A stretch of 32,000 bases of DNA from Erysipelotrichaceae bacterium (GCA_028698185.1 JAQVDW010000005.1:30001-62000), one strand, 5' to 3'; positions 17,063 through 25,408 are shown, numbered from the stretch's first letter. Numbers and translations are program-made. Notes: generated by a model from the letters alone, not told the origin.

Positions 17063-17884
17063 ATGAACATATCCAAGAATGAAAAAAACCAGGCGGTGGC
17101 TCCCGAATCGCTGATGATCGAACCCACAGCCTTCAAGGACAACCAGGAAACGGCATTGTATTGGCTGGCCAATGCGGGGGCGCTGATTAATTCCAACGGC
17201 ACCTGCATCATGATCGATCCGCTGCTTGATTGCTTTGACATGCCGTTGCTCGCAAAAATCCCGATCCCATCGAGCCAGGTGCCCCATCTCGACGGGGTGC
17301 TCATCACCCACTGCGACAATGACCATTTTTCCCGGGATACCTGCAGGAATCTTTCTGGGGTAACTGACACGTACCATGGGCCCCATTATGTCAAGACGCT
17401 TATGGATGATTTGGGTCTTGAAAGCCGGGGCCACGACATCGGTGCGACTTTCAAAATAAAAAATATTGATATCAGTTTGACCCCGGCCAAGCACAACTGG
17501 CAAAACGAATCGGCCAAGTACGGTTTTAGATTATTTGAGGAAAGCGACTATTGTGGCTATTGGATTGAAATGGAAGACGGTACAATCTGGCTGCCTGGCG
17601 ACTCAAGATTGCTGGAAACACATCTGGAGATGCCTGAGCCGGATGTCATCCTTTTCGACTTCTGTGACAACCCGTGGCACATAACTTTGGAAGGTGCCAT
17701 CACCCTGGCCAACACCTATCCAAATAGCGATCTGGTGTGCATCCACTGGGGCAGCGTCGATGCCCCGAATATGTCGCCGTTCAACGGCAACCCCGAAGAC
17801 CTGCTGGGACGGGTTGTCAATCCCGGAAGGATAAAAGTCCTGGCGCCCGGGGAAAAATACGTGCTTGGGCCAAAAGGAAGATGA
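17063..17884 (+). CDS. MBL-fold metallo-hydrolase (UlaG/COG2220-like)
   Basis: ...GTCIMIDPLL...LDGVLITHCDNDHF... The metal motif reads H-C-D-N-D-H instead of the canonical H-x-H-x-D-H. Strong SD. Confidence 0.65.
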   Translation: MNISKNEKNQAVAPESLMIEPTAFKDNQETALYWLANAGALINSNGTCIMIDPLLDCFDMPLLAKIPIPSSQVPHLDGVLITHCDNDHFSRDTCRNLSGVTDTYHGPHYVKTLMDDLGLESRGHDIGATFKIKNIDISLTPAKHNWQNESAKYGFRLFEESDYCGYWIEMEDGTIWLPGDSRLLETHLEMPEPDVILFDFCDNPWHITLEGAITLANTYPNSDLVCIHWGSVDAPNMSPFNGNPEDLLGRVVNPGRIKVLAPGEKYVLGPKGR

Positions 17885-17934
17885 AAAATTCGCGTTGCGG
17901 GGAGTCCCTCGCCATCGTTATTAAGGAGACACTT

Positions 17935-18921
17935 ATGAAATACACCAATCTGGGCAATACAAATCTTAAAGTTTCGCGCATTTGTCTTGGCTGCATGGGT
18001 TTTGGCGATCCCCAAGCCGGTATGCATTCCTGGACGCTCGATTATGAAAAGTCCAAGGAAATCATCGCCTATGCCTTGGAATCGGGAATCAACTTCTTTG
18101 ATACGGCGATGTCCTACCAGGGCGGGACAAGTGAAATCTATGTGGGCCGGGCTTTAAGGGAACTGGCCATACGGGAAGACGTCGTGATTGCGACCAAGTT
18201 CGTGCCCCGGGATGAAAAAAGCATCGCCCAGGGAATTTCCGGGCAGGAACATGTCCGCCGTTGTCTTGACGCCAGCCTTAAGCGGCTGGGAGTCGATTAT
18301 GTCGACCTGTACATCCTGCATATGTGGGATTACCATACCCCAATCGAGGAGATCCTCGACAGCTTGCACCTGCTTATCCAAGAGGGAAAAGTCCGCCATA
18401 TCGGCATCTCAAACTGCTCCGCCTGGCAGATTGCAAAGGCCAATGAAATTGCCAAAGCCAGAGGCTACGAGCAGTTTATATCAGTACAGGGTCATTACAA
18501 CCTGATCTTTCGGGAAGAGGAACGGGAAATGGCACCCTACGCCCTGGCACATGGGATCGCAATGACACCATACAGTGCCCTTGCTTCAGGCCGGCTGGCG
18601 CGCAGGCCAGACGAGACATCAAATCGGTTCGAACAGGATAAGTTTGCCAAAGGGAAATATGACGCCACAGCTGATGTTGATCTAAGGATCATTACCCGGG
18701 TTGAAGAACTGGCGCAAAAAAAGGGCGTTTCAATGACGGAAATATCCCTGGCCTGGCTGCTTTCAAAAGTGAGCGCACCGATAGTGGGAGCCACCAAAAA
18801 ACACCATATCGACGGAGCAGTCAAGGCAGTGGAACTTGAACTAAGCAACGGTGAAATCGAGTATCTTGAAGAACTGTATCAGCCCCATGCCCTGGTCGGG
18901 GTGATGGCTCAAAACAATTGA
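17935..18921 (+). CDS. Aldo/keto reductase
   Basis: ATG at 17935 follows AAGGAG (17923-17928). MKYTNLGNTNLKVSRICLGCMGFG...FFDTAMSYQGGTSE...VDLYILHMWD... The ORF-track start at 17737 lies inside the MBL gene. Confidence 0.85.
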   Translation: MKYTNLGNTNLKVSRICLGCMGFGDPQAGMHSWTLDYEKSKEIIAYALESGINFFDTAMSYQGGTSEIYVGRALRELAIREDVVIATKFVPRDEKSIAQGISGQEHVRRCLDASLKRLGVDYVDLYILHMWDYHTPIEEILDSLHLLIQEGKVRHIGISNCSAWQIAKANEIAKARGYEQFISVQGHYNLIFREEEREMAPYALAHGIAMTPYSALASGRLARRPDETSNRFEQDKFAKGKYDATADVDLRIITRVEELAQKKGVSMTEISLAWLLSKVSAPIVGATKKHHIDGAVKAVELELSNGEIEYLEELYQPHALVGVMAQNN

Positions 18922-18945
18922 AAAATAAATCCTGAATCTTTGTCA

Positions 18946-18990
18946 CCCGGAAAATTGGACCGGCCATTGGTTCGGGATTATTTTTAATTT
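18946..18990 (+). terminator. Possible terminator after the AKR
   Basis: cccgga (18946-18951) / ttcggg (18971-18976) with a 19-nt loop, followed by attatttttaattt. Weak stem. Confidence 0.35.
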
Positions 18991-19126
18991 GGGAATTTGA
19001 TCTCTTTCTCTGGCGCTTCCTGGCTGTTTTCAAGCGATAGGAAATTCGCAAGTGCCATGACCATATCGATGAGAAACTTGGCATCTCGAAATCCTCTGGT
19101 GGTTTATCATCAACTATGTGACAATC

Positions 19127-19157
19127 GGACGCCCTGGGGCGTCCTGACTTTTGTTTT
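19127..19157 (+). terminator. Intrinsic terminator-like hairpin in the intergenic region
   Basis: ggacgcc (19127-19133), loop ctgg, ggcgtcc (19138-19144), then tgacttttgtttt. Confidence 0.6.
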
Positions 19158-19252
19158 GGATTGATGTGTGATAGAATTTAGTTGTAAAAGAAACTCAGAT
19201 ACTTAACAGTTACTGACTTGTTTGCTTATATTTAATCTGAAGGAGTTTTAAA

Positions 19253-20182
19253 ATGAAAGCTGTAGCAACCCTTTTTCCTGTGTTTTTCATGATTGGCCTG
19301 GGCATGTTTGCCAGGGTCAGACATCTGGTAACCCCGCAGCAAAAAGACGGGGCCAACCATATCGTCTTCAATGTGCTTTTTCCAATCCTGATTTTCCATA
19401 TCCTTTTCACATCGACGATCCAATTCTCAGCCATGTTCATCGTCCTTTATGTCTTTGTGGTTTTCTTGTTGATGATGGGAGCGGGAAAACTACTGGGGAA
19501 ATTCACAGGTGAGCGATTCGCCCATATTTCATTCTACATGCTGGCGACATGCGAGGGCGGGAATGTGGCTTTGCCCTTGTACCTGTCGATTGTCGGGGCT
19601 TCAAGCAATACAGTGATCTTCGATCTGGCCGGGATTGCGATGGCCTTCGTAATCATTCCAATCATGGTCGCCAGAACCAGTTCCGGCGATATCAGCACCG
19701 CCCAGATGGTCCGAAAAATAATCACCAATTCCTTTGTGATCGCCGTCGTCCTGGGATTGGGTCTAAATTTGCTTGGAGTCTATGACAAACTTGCTTCAAG
19801 CCAGTATAATGAGCTTTACGTCAATACCATGAGCCAGGCCACTGCGCCAATCATCGGGATGATCCTTTTCATCATCGGATACAACCTGAAAATTCACCTG
19901 GATACCTTGGGGGCCGTTTTGAAGCTGTTGCTTGTAAGAATCGGAGGCTATGCCCTGATCATCGCGGGGTTCTTCATTCTTTTCCCGGCCATGATGGCTG
20001 ACAAGATTTTCATGATCGCGGTTATGATCTATTTCATGTCGCCGACTGGATTTGTTGTCCCTATGCAACTCGAGCCGCTTTTCAAGGGTAATGATGAATA
20101 CAGTTACACATCCGCGATTATTTCGCTCAACATGATCGTTACCCTGGTCGTTTATGCTTTGATTGTGGTGTTCATTGCATAA
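19253..20182 (+). CDS. AEC-family permease (auxin efflux carrier / malate permease-like)
   Basis: 309 aa with about 10 TM segments. MKAVATLFPVFFMIGLGMFARVRHLVTPQQKDGANHIVFNVLFPILIF... is typical of the AEC (Mem_trans) family. SD GAAGGAG. Confidence 0.75.
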   Translation: MKAVATLFPVFFMIGLGMFARVRHLVTPQQKDGANHIVFNVLFPILIFHILFTSTIQFSAMFIVLYVFVVFLLMMGAGKLLGKFTGERFAHISFYMLATCEGGNVALPLYLSIVGASSNTVIFDLAGIAMAFVIIPIMVARTSSGDISTAQMVRKIITNSFVIAVVLGLGLNLLGVYDKLASSQYNELYVNTMSQATAPIIGMILFIIGYNLKIHLDTLGAVLKLLLVRIGGYALIIAGFFILFPAMMADKIFMIAVMIYFMSPTGFVVPMQLEPLFKGNDEYSYTSAIISLNMIVTLVVYALIVVFIA

Positions 20183-20184
20183 AA

Positions 20185-20848
20185 CTGGAGAGGATTTCCA
20201 AAAACCGGTGTTCATAAGAATTTCGTGACGATCGAACAATTCCACTGTTTGAAAGGACTCATCAAGTCATTGTCCTGACCAAGGCGGGCGAACTGATCAT
20301 CAAGAAGCCCTGTATATGGTCGAAAATGATGTCCAGGGCTTCCAAAGCGCATAGCATCATGCCAATGTGATCCGGATCGGAACATCACTGACGCCCTCGA
20401 TCAATTTTTTGGTGATGCTCTTTCCTGGAATTGTCCAGAATGAAACGAGCCTTTCAAGCGAGCTGGTTTTGTTTGAAAACATGCCGAAAAACGCTCAGGA
20501 AATAATGAACAATTTTGGCCGGGATGTCGACCTGGTAGCCGGAATCTACAATGACAATCTACTTTTAAGGCGCGACTGTCAGGCCTTAAAAATAACCGAC
20601 AGTCCAATCAGGATGGGCCCTGGCTTTGGACCAACCGCCGGCTTCAAAGACGGAGCTTTCAATAAGCTATCTGGCTGGTGAAAGGATCATGATAATCCAG
20701 CCTGGCAATGGGAGAACATCCATCACCTGATCAATATTATTCCGGTAAGGTGGCGTTTTGCAATAACTTGCGGTATCATTTACAACCTGTACCTTGCAAA
20801 GAAGGTAGATCTCTTCATCAGGGCATTGAAAAAAGCCTCTTGTGGCTA
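20185..20848 (+). pseudogene. Heavily decayed LysR-family regulator (N-terminally truncated, with nonsense and frameshift mutations)
   Basis: Frame 1: LERISKNRCS*EFRDDRTIPLFERTHQVIVLTKAGELI..., which fits the LysR HTH end (...LFER....LT.AGE). After a shift, the frame from 20355 reads ...IRIGTSLTPSINFLVMLFP...LVLFENMPKNAQEIMNNFGRDVDLVAGIYND..., which fits a LysR effector domain. An in-frame TGA sits at 20679-20681 and the frame continues to 20848. The remnant starts 3 nt after the AEC stop, and the first roughly 25 codons are missing. Confidence 0.6.
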
Positions 20849-20938
20849 GCTATCACCTTTTAGTAATAACATGCGAGCTTTAGGAGACTTCATTGGTGTC
20901 TCCTTTTGGTTTATGATACTGATAGGAGGTTTCAAACA

Positions 20939-21157
20939 ATGAAAAAAGAACAATTGGAACCGGACTTGAAGTAAGCGCAGATCGTCCTGGCCTGGGAGCT
21001 GGCGCAAAAATCCTGGATTGTGCCGATTCCCGGAATAACCAGAATCCACCGGCTGGAATACAAGCTGGGCGGGGCTGGCATCGATCTCGACGTTACCGAA
21101 CTTGAAAGCATCAACGGGGCGCTGGCCAAACTCGACATTGACAAGACCTATTTCTAG
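20939..21157 (+). pseudogene. Internally deleted aldo/keto reductase remnant
   Basis: SD GGAGG, then MKKEQLEPDLK*, which resembles the AKR N-terminus (compare [12 protein letters not shown] at 25476). This is followed directly by ...QIVLAWELAQKSWIVPIPGITRIHRLEYKLGGAGIDLDVTELESINGAL..., which resembles an AKR C-terminus (compare [31 protein letters not shown]). The central roughly 250 codons are absent. Confidence 0.65.
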
Positions 21158-21596
21158 CAACCGGATCATAAGCCATTTCTTTGAATTGATCTAGATGGGC
21201 AAGCCATAAGATATCTTATCTAGCAAAATGGTAAGAAATTAATCGATGCTGATCCTATTTGTGCCCGGTTCGGTTGTGCAATGGCAGCAACCATTGCGGT
21301 TTGTGAATCTTTCTTCTTCATAATCTTCAGCCTATGGTTCATCATCAAGATAGGGAAAAGAAGTGTTGATTGTAAGAAATACAACTATGTAAACTTCCTC
21401 GAATTGTCACGGGGTAACATTTTCGAATTCATAGATTACCGGCAGCGGAACTTCCTTGTTGCATAAACAGTATTTCAATCAAGCAATTTGGAAATGAATA
21501 TATTGTTACTGGCATGTTTATAAAGCAAATAGCGCACATAGGCTCTTCTCAAAAGACAACACGGGATGTCTGATGACAAGCAGCCTGTTTTATTGT

Positions 21597-21628
21597 TTTG
21601 TCGAAAAAACAATAAAACATTTTTCTAA
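21597..21628. other. Perfect 13-bp AT-rich hairpin in an ORF-poor region
   Basis: gttttattgtttt (21597-21609), loop gtcgaa, aaaacaataaaac (21616-21628), followed by atttttc. It could be a terminator relic. Confidence 0.4.
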
Positions 21629-21977
21629 AGTCACAATCTCAAGGAGATCAAGAAAGATAACGGTGGTTTATTGTCTGCGGATATTGGCAAATGCGCGGTC
21701 ATAGATATTTACTCTCAATTATCTGGTGAAAACCTGATTCAACTAAATCAAAGATCTAATCGGGTAAATAATTGGGCAATCTACTATGAAGAATCATGAA
21801 AAACAACATAATTGACGGCGATTTAAGGTAATATTCCAGCGGGTTGCCAAACGTGATTATCACCTATTTTTGGACGAACAGAAATTGAGATTCAAAAATA
21901 TGTTTACGTGGTTGGATTGTGTAAACAGAAATATATTAAAAACTTGGCATATGGAGTTCAAATAATTAATAAAATCA

Positions 21978-22008
21978 TTGACTTGAAGTTAACTTTAAGT
22001 GGTATTCT
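21978..22008 (+). promoter_or_regulatory. MerR-type promoter (box C): TTGACT, 19 bp, TATTCT
   Basis: -35 at 21978-21983. The 19-nt spacer carries the 20-bp near-perfect palindrome ACTTGAAGTTAACTTTAAGT (21981-22000, one mismatched pair). -10 at 22003-22008. Lies 53 nt upstream of the hydrolase ATG. Confidence 0.65.
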
Positions 22009-22060
22009 CGATATGTGAAAACAAATGACAAGAAATTGTTAAGGAAAAAGGAGTGTTAAT

Positions 22061-23035
22061 ATGGAAAACGAAAAATTGGAATTAAGTCAAGAATGGGATA
22101 AAGTATACCCGTTAAGTGAGAAAGTGAATCACAGCAAAATCACATTTCATAACCGCTATGGAATTACTTTGGTGGCCGATCTGTATGAACCCAAAAACGC
22201 GGCAGGAAAACTTCCTGCAATCGCAGTAGCCGGGCCTTTCGGTGCGGTTAAGGAGCAGTCTTCAGGTTTGTATGCCCAGACAATGGCGGAACGTGGTTTC
22301 ATCACCATCGCATTCGATCCTTCATTCACAGGAGAAAGCGGAGGAACGCCACGTTACGTGGCTTCGCCTGACATCAACACAGAAGATTTCTCTGCGGCTG
22401 TAGATTTCCTGGCTACAAAGGAAAATGTGGACGCAAAACGTATCGGTATCATCGGTATCTGCGGTTGGGGTGGAATGGCATTGAATGCGGCGGCGATAGA
22501 TACCCGCATCAAAGCTACTGTGACATCTACAATGTATGACATGACTCGTGTTACTGCAAACGGATACTTCGACTCTATGGATGTTGCTGGACGATATGAA
22601 ATGCGCAAACAGCTCAATGCCCAAAGAACCGAAGACTATAAGAATGGTTCTTATGCATTGACGGGTGGATTGCCTCAGGAAGCTCCTGAGGAAGCACCTT
22701 TCTTCTTGAAGGATTATATCAATTATTATAAGCGACCTCGTGGATATCATGCCCGATCACTTAATTCAAACGGTGGATGGAATGTCACATCCTCTCTTTC
22801 ATTTGCGAACATGCCAATATTACACTACAGTGACGAGATTCGCAGTGCAGTGCTTATGATCCATGGGGAAAAGGCGCATTCAGTCTATTTCTCTCAGGAC
22901 GCTTATAAAAAATTGACTGGCGACAATAAGGAATTAATGATAATCCCAGGAGCAACTCATACCGATTTATATGATCAGATGGATATCATTCCATTTGCGA
23001 AGATTGAGGAATTCTTCAACAAATATCTTGGGTAA
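22061..23035 (+). CDS. Alpha/beta hydrolase (COG1073 / dienelactone-hydrolase-like) with a Cys at the nucleophile elbow
   Basis: 324 aa. ...LPAIAVAGPFGAVKEQ..., nucleophile elbow ...RIGIIGICGWGGMAL... (G-x-C-x-G rather than G-x-S-x-G), and C-terminal ...IPGATHTDLYD... supplying the catalytic His. SD AAAGGAG. Confidence 0.75.
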   Translation: MENEKLELSQEWDKVYPLSEKVNHSKITFHNRYGITLVADLYEPKNAAGKLPAIAVAGPFGAVKEQSSGLYAQTMAERGFITIAFDPSFTGESGGTPRYVASPDINTEDFSAAVDFLATKENVDAKRIGIIGICGWGGMALNAAAIDTRIKATVTSTMYDMTRVTANGYFDSMDVAGRYEMRKQLNAQRTEDYKNGSYALTGGLPQEAPEEAPFFLKDYINYYKRPRGYHARSLNSNGGWNVTSSLSFANMPILHYSDEIRSAVLMIHGEKAHSVYFSQDAYKKLTGDNKELMIIPGATHTDLYDQMDIIPFAKIEEFFNKYLG

Positions 23036-23130
23036 CTCCGACTCAAATTGCAACATAGCAGGTAAACGGTATGCCATGGTGATAATTCAATACAATTGAA
23101 TATCGACATAATAATGACTTTGCTGTAAAC

Positions 23131-23176
23131 AGGCCCCATATTAGTTGGATTTTACAATTCAACCAATATGGGGCCT
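23131..23176. other. Long imperfect hairpin (11 + 5 bp) without a U-tract
   Basis: aggccccatattagttgg (23131-23148) / tcaaccaatatggggcct (23159-23176). There is no T-run on either side, so it is not a classical terminator. Confidence 0.4.
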
Positions 23177-23374
23177 ATATCAATGGTGAAACGATACCAC
23201 ATATGGCGGAATTGCGTAGTTTTTTTCTATTATGAAAATCCATCTGACTTCTCAATTTTATTTACCAGATTAGTTTAGATGGTATTCAATTTTGATTTTT
23301 GAAATGTGTGAATTTCAGTCGGTCTAGCTGCTTTTAAACTTATCCTTATTTTTAACAGTGGCTCCAAAAACTGC

Positions 23375-23409
23375 AAAAAGCTCAACTGGAATCGGAAGTT
23401 GAGCTTTTT
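23375..23409. terminator. Bidirectional intrinsic terminator
   Basis: aaaaagctcaact (23375-23387), loop ggaatcgga, agttgagcttttt (23397-23409). Perfect 13-bp stem with A/T runs on both sides. Confidence 0.75.
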
Positions 23410-23590
23410 CTAATTATTGGGGTATTGCATATGTGATGAAAACCTTAGCAAGTCTGATTGCGATTTTATTTGGCGATTAAACCGCCTAGCTGTTTTGCCA
23501 TCTTCGAAGAAGTTCAATTAGATCTGAAGGGGAGGCCTGGTTTCCAGAGGCTAGTTTCCCTTTGAGTATCTTCCCCGATTCACTAGTTGG

Positions 23591-24577
23591 TTACAGGTTA
23601 TTTTTAGCCCAGTTGGAATCTTTCATGATGGAACGGCCAACTCCGATAAGATCAGCTTTATTGGTGGCTAACAGGTCGTTGGCACTGACACCATCGACTA
23701 TTCCACCGGTCAAAAGAACGGGTATCGTGACATTTTCCTTGATGGCCTGGCTTAATGAGGCAAACCAACCAGGCTTGGTGGAATCGGGATTACTGTAACC
23801 AAGGAGCCCGCCGGTTATGTCCAGTATATCGATTCCGGCCTTTTCGAATTCTTGGGCCGCCTGAATGCTGTGGTCAATCGTGGTCCCTCCATCGAGGTAG
23901 TCGCATGCTCCAAGGCGCAAGGCCAGGGGATAATCAGGGCCAACCGCTTCTTTGATAGCGGCAATTATTTCAAGGTGCAATCTTATCCGCCCCTCAACAC
24001 TGGCGCCGGTGTACTTGTCGGTGCGTTTGTTGGTAAATGGTGAGTAAAACTGGTTGAGCAGATAACCATGGGCCGAATGGATTTCCACTCCGTCAAAGCC
24101 GGCTTGCTTTGCTCTTAACGCGGCCGCGGCAAAATCGGAAATTACTTTGGCAATGTCATGATCATTCATTTCCTGAGGCAAAGCTTCGTTATTGTTTCGG
24201 GGAATATTGATTGCACTGGCACTAAGTGGATTAAGCCCGGTTATCTCACTGGTGGTAGCGCCGCCGGCATGGCTGATCTGGGCAAAGACTATGGTGTTGT
24301 TTCCGTGGATTAGATCCACCAATCTTTTCCAACCAGCGATATCATCGTCACTGCTAATCGAAGTTTGCCGGATACTGGCTTTTCCTTCCAGGGACACATA
24401 ACAATGTTCGGTGATGATCAAACCGATATGGCCACCTTGCGATTTTTCATTGTAGTAAGCAAGAAGTTCAGGTGTGATTGCGCCACCTATGGACCTGGAT
24501 GTTGCCATCGGGGGCATGACAAGCCGGTTGGGCAGTACGACATTCTTGATTCTGAGTTTTTCATTGATGGGATTCAT
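23591..24577 (-). CDS. NADH:flavin oxidoreductase, Old Yellow Enzyme family
   Basis: MNPINEKLRIKNVVLPNRLVMPPMATSRS..., ...FAQISHAGG..., ...GFDGVEIHSAHGYLLNQFYSPFTNKRTDKYTGAS... are canonical OYE/FMN-oxidoreductase motifs. Confidence 0.85.
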   Translation of the reverse strand: MNPINEKLRIKNVVLPNRLVMPPMATSRSIGGAITPELLAYYNEKSQGGHIGLIITEHCYVSLEGKASIRQTSISSDDDIAGWKRLVDLIHGNNTIVFAQISHAGGATTSEITGLNPLSASAINIPRNNNEALPQEMNDHDIAKVISDFAAAALRAKQAGFDGVEIHSAHGYLLNQFYSPFTNKRTDKYTGASVEGRIRLHLEIIAAIKEAVGPDYPLALRLGACDYLDGGTTIDHSIQAAQEFEKAGIDILDITGGLLGYSNPDSTKPGWFASLSQAIKENVTIPVLLTGGIVDGVSANDLLATNKADLIGVGRSIMKDSNWAKNNL

Positions 24578-24634
24578 TATTTTTTCTCCTTTTTACTTTC
24601 ATTTGTGAGAATATCATAATATAATTGATAAAGA

Positions 24635-24663
24635 AAGTACGCACTATGAAGTAAGGTACTTAC
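24635..24663. promoter_or_regulatory. GTAC-containing dyads in the OYE/hxlR divergent region (candidate HxlR operator)
   Basis: aagtac (24635-24640) ... gtactt, and the 13-bp palindrome gtaag-gta-cttac (24651-24663), just upstream of the hxlR SD. Confidence 0.3.
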
Positions 24664-24676
24664 CCCAAGGAGAGTA

Positions 24677-25012
24677 ATGATGCAAAACAGCAAGAAACCT
24701 ATTGATATCCAGCCATTCGCCTATGCTTTTTCCCTTATCGATGGCAAGTGGAAAATGCACATTCTATTCTGGCTTTGGCATTTTGAAGTCCTTAGATATG
24801 GAGAACTGAAGAAAAATCTGGGAGCGGTCACCCATAAGATGCTCTCAAAACAATTGAAAGAACTTGAGGCGGATGGTATCATCACCCGCAAGGAATATCC
24901 CCAGGTGCCTCCGAAGGTTGAATATTCCCTTTCTTGCAAGGGGCGCACGATGATGCCGATTTTGGAAAGCCTGTGTTCGTGGGGCGGTGCCAATATGCCT
25001 GAAGATAATTAA
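24677..25012 (+). CDS. HxlR-family (MarR-like winged helix) transcriptional regulator
   Basis: ...FSLIDGKWKMHILFWLWHFEVLRYGELKKNLGAVTHKMLSKQLKELEADGIITRKEYPQVPPKVEYSLS.KG... is the HxlR-type HTH pattern. Divergent from the OYE gene. Confidence 0.85.
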   Translation: MMQNSKKPIDIQPFAYAFSLIDGKWKMHILFWLWHFEVLRYGELKKNLGAVTHKMLSKQLKELEADGIITRKEYPQVPPKVEYSLSCKGRTMMPILESLCSWGGANMPEDN

Positions 25013-25272
25013 TGATTCGCTACAATGCTAGGAAATCAATTGATGGGTTGGTGTATGCTCCATTGGCGATGTTGTTGCCTGGCTTTAGTTGAAGGAATAA
25101 TTACATCAATTTGGAGATGTGATATGATTCAGGGTTTTCAAGAACAGTAGCTTCTTCGAATGATTGATGCCGCTGTTCCTGAAAAGACAATGCTGCTAAA
25201 AAGTGGGATATGTCATGGAGATAATGCCATGATAATTAAATATTAAATGCAGGCAATAATGTGATTGACATT

Positions 25273-25324
25273 GACGCCGTTGTAGTTGGATGAAGCAATT
25301 CAACTACAACGGCGTCCTTTTTTA
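25273..25324 (+). terminator. Strong intrinsic terminator 260 nt downstream of hxlR
   Basis: Perfect 16-bp stem gacgccgttgtagttg (25273-25288) / caactacaacggcgtc (25301-25316), then cttttttatt. Confidence 0.85.
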
Positions 25325-25408
25325 TTGGATGATCATATGTTTTTTAATCGGTGGTATTGTAGCGGCAAAAACTTTAAATGAAAAAATCAATAAAATTCAA
25401 ATTCCCTG

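Noticed and set aside
18960-19084. Minus-strand fragment ...RGFRDAKFLIDMVMALANFLSLENSQEAPEKEIKFPN* and ORF 18821-19084(-)
   Set aside because: It is short, has no start or SD, and no recognisable family. It is likely a relic between two terminator-like hairpins.
20679-20681. In-frame TGA in the LysR-like frame, considered as possible TGA recoding (code 4/25 or selenocysteine)
   Set aside because: Several well-supported genes here terminate with TGA at sensible positions (rpiR, both HADs, the CrtI-like gene overlapping the next ATG). The same LysR remnant also carries a TAA and a frameshift. This is decay, not recoding.
20883-20909. Hairpin ggagac-N9-gtctcc followed by ttttggttt upstream of the AKR remnant, considered as a fifth MerR-type box
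   Set aside because: There is no TTGAC -35 at 19-bp spacing from the tatgat at 20912-20917, and the dyad sequence is unrelated to TGRAGTYRACTYYA. It is more simply a terminator-like hairpin.
21281-21466. 61-aa ORF with a hydrophobic N-terminus (MAATIAVCESFFFIIFSLWFIIKIG...), considered as a possible small membrane toxin
   Set aside because: It has no SD and lies antisense to a frame that looks like a decayed gene. The evidence is too thin for a toxin-antitoxin call.
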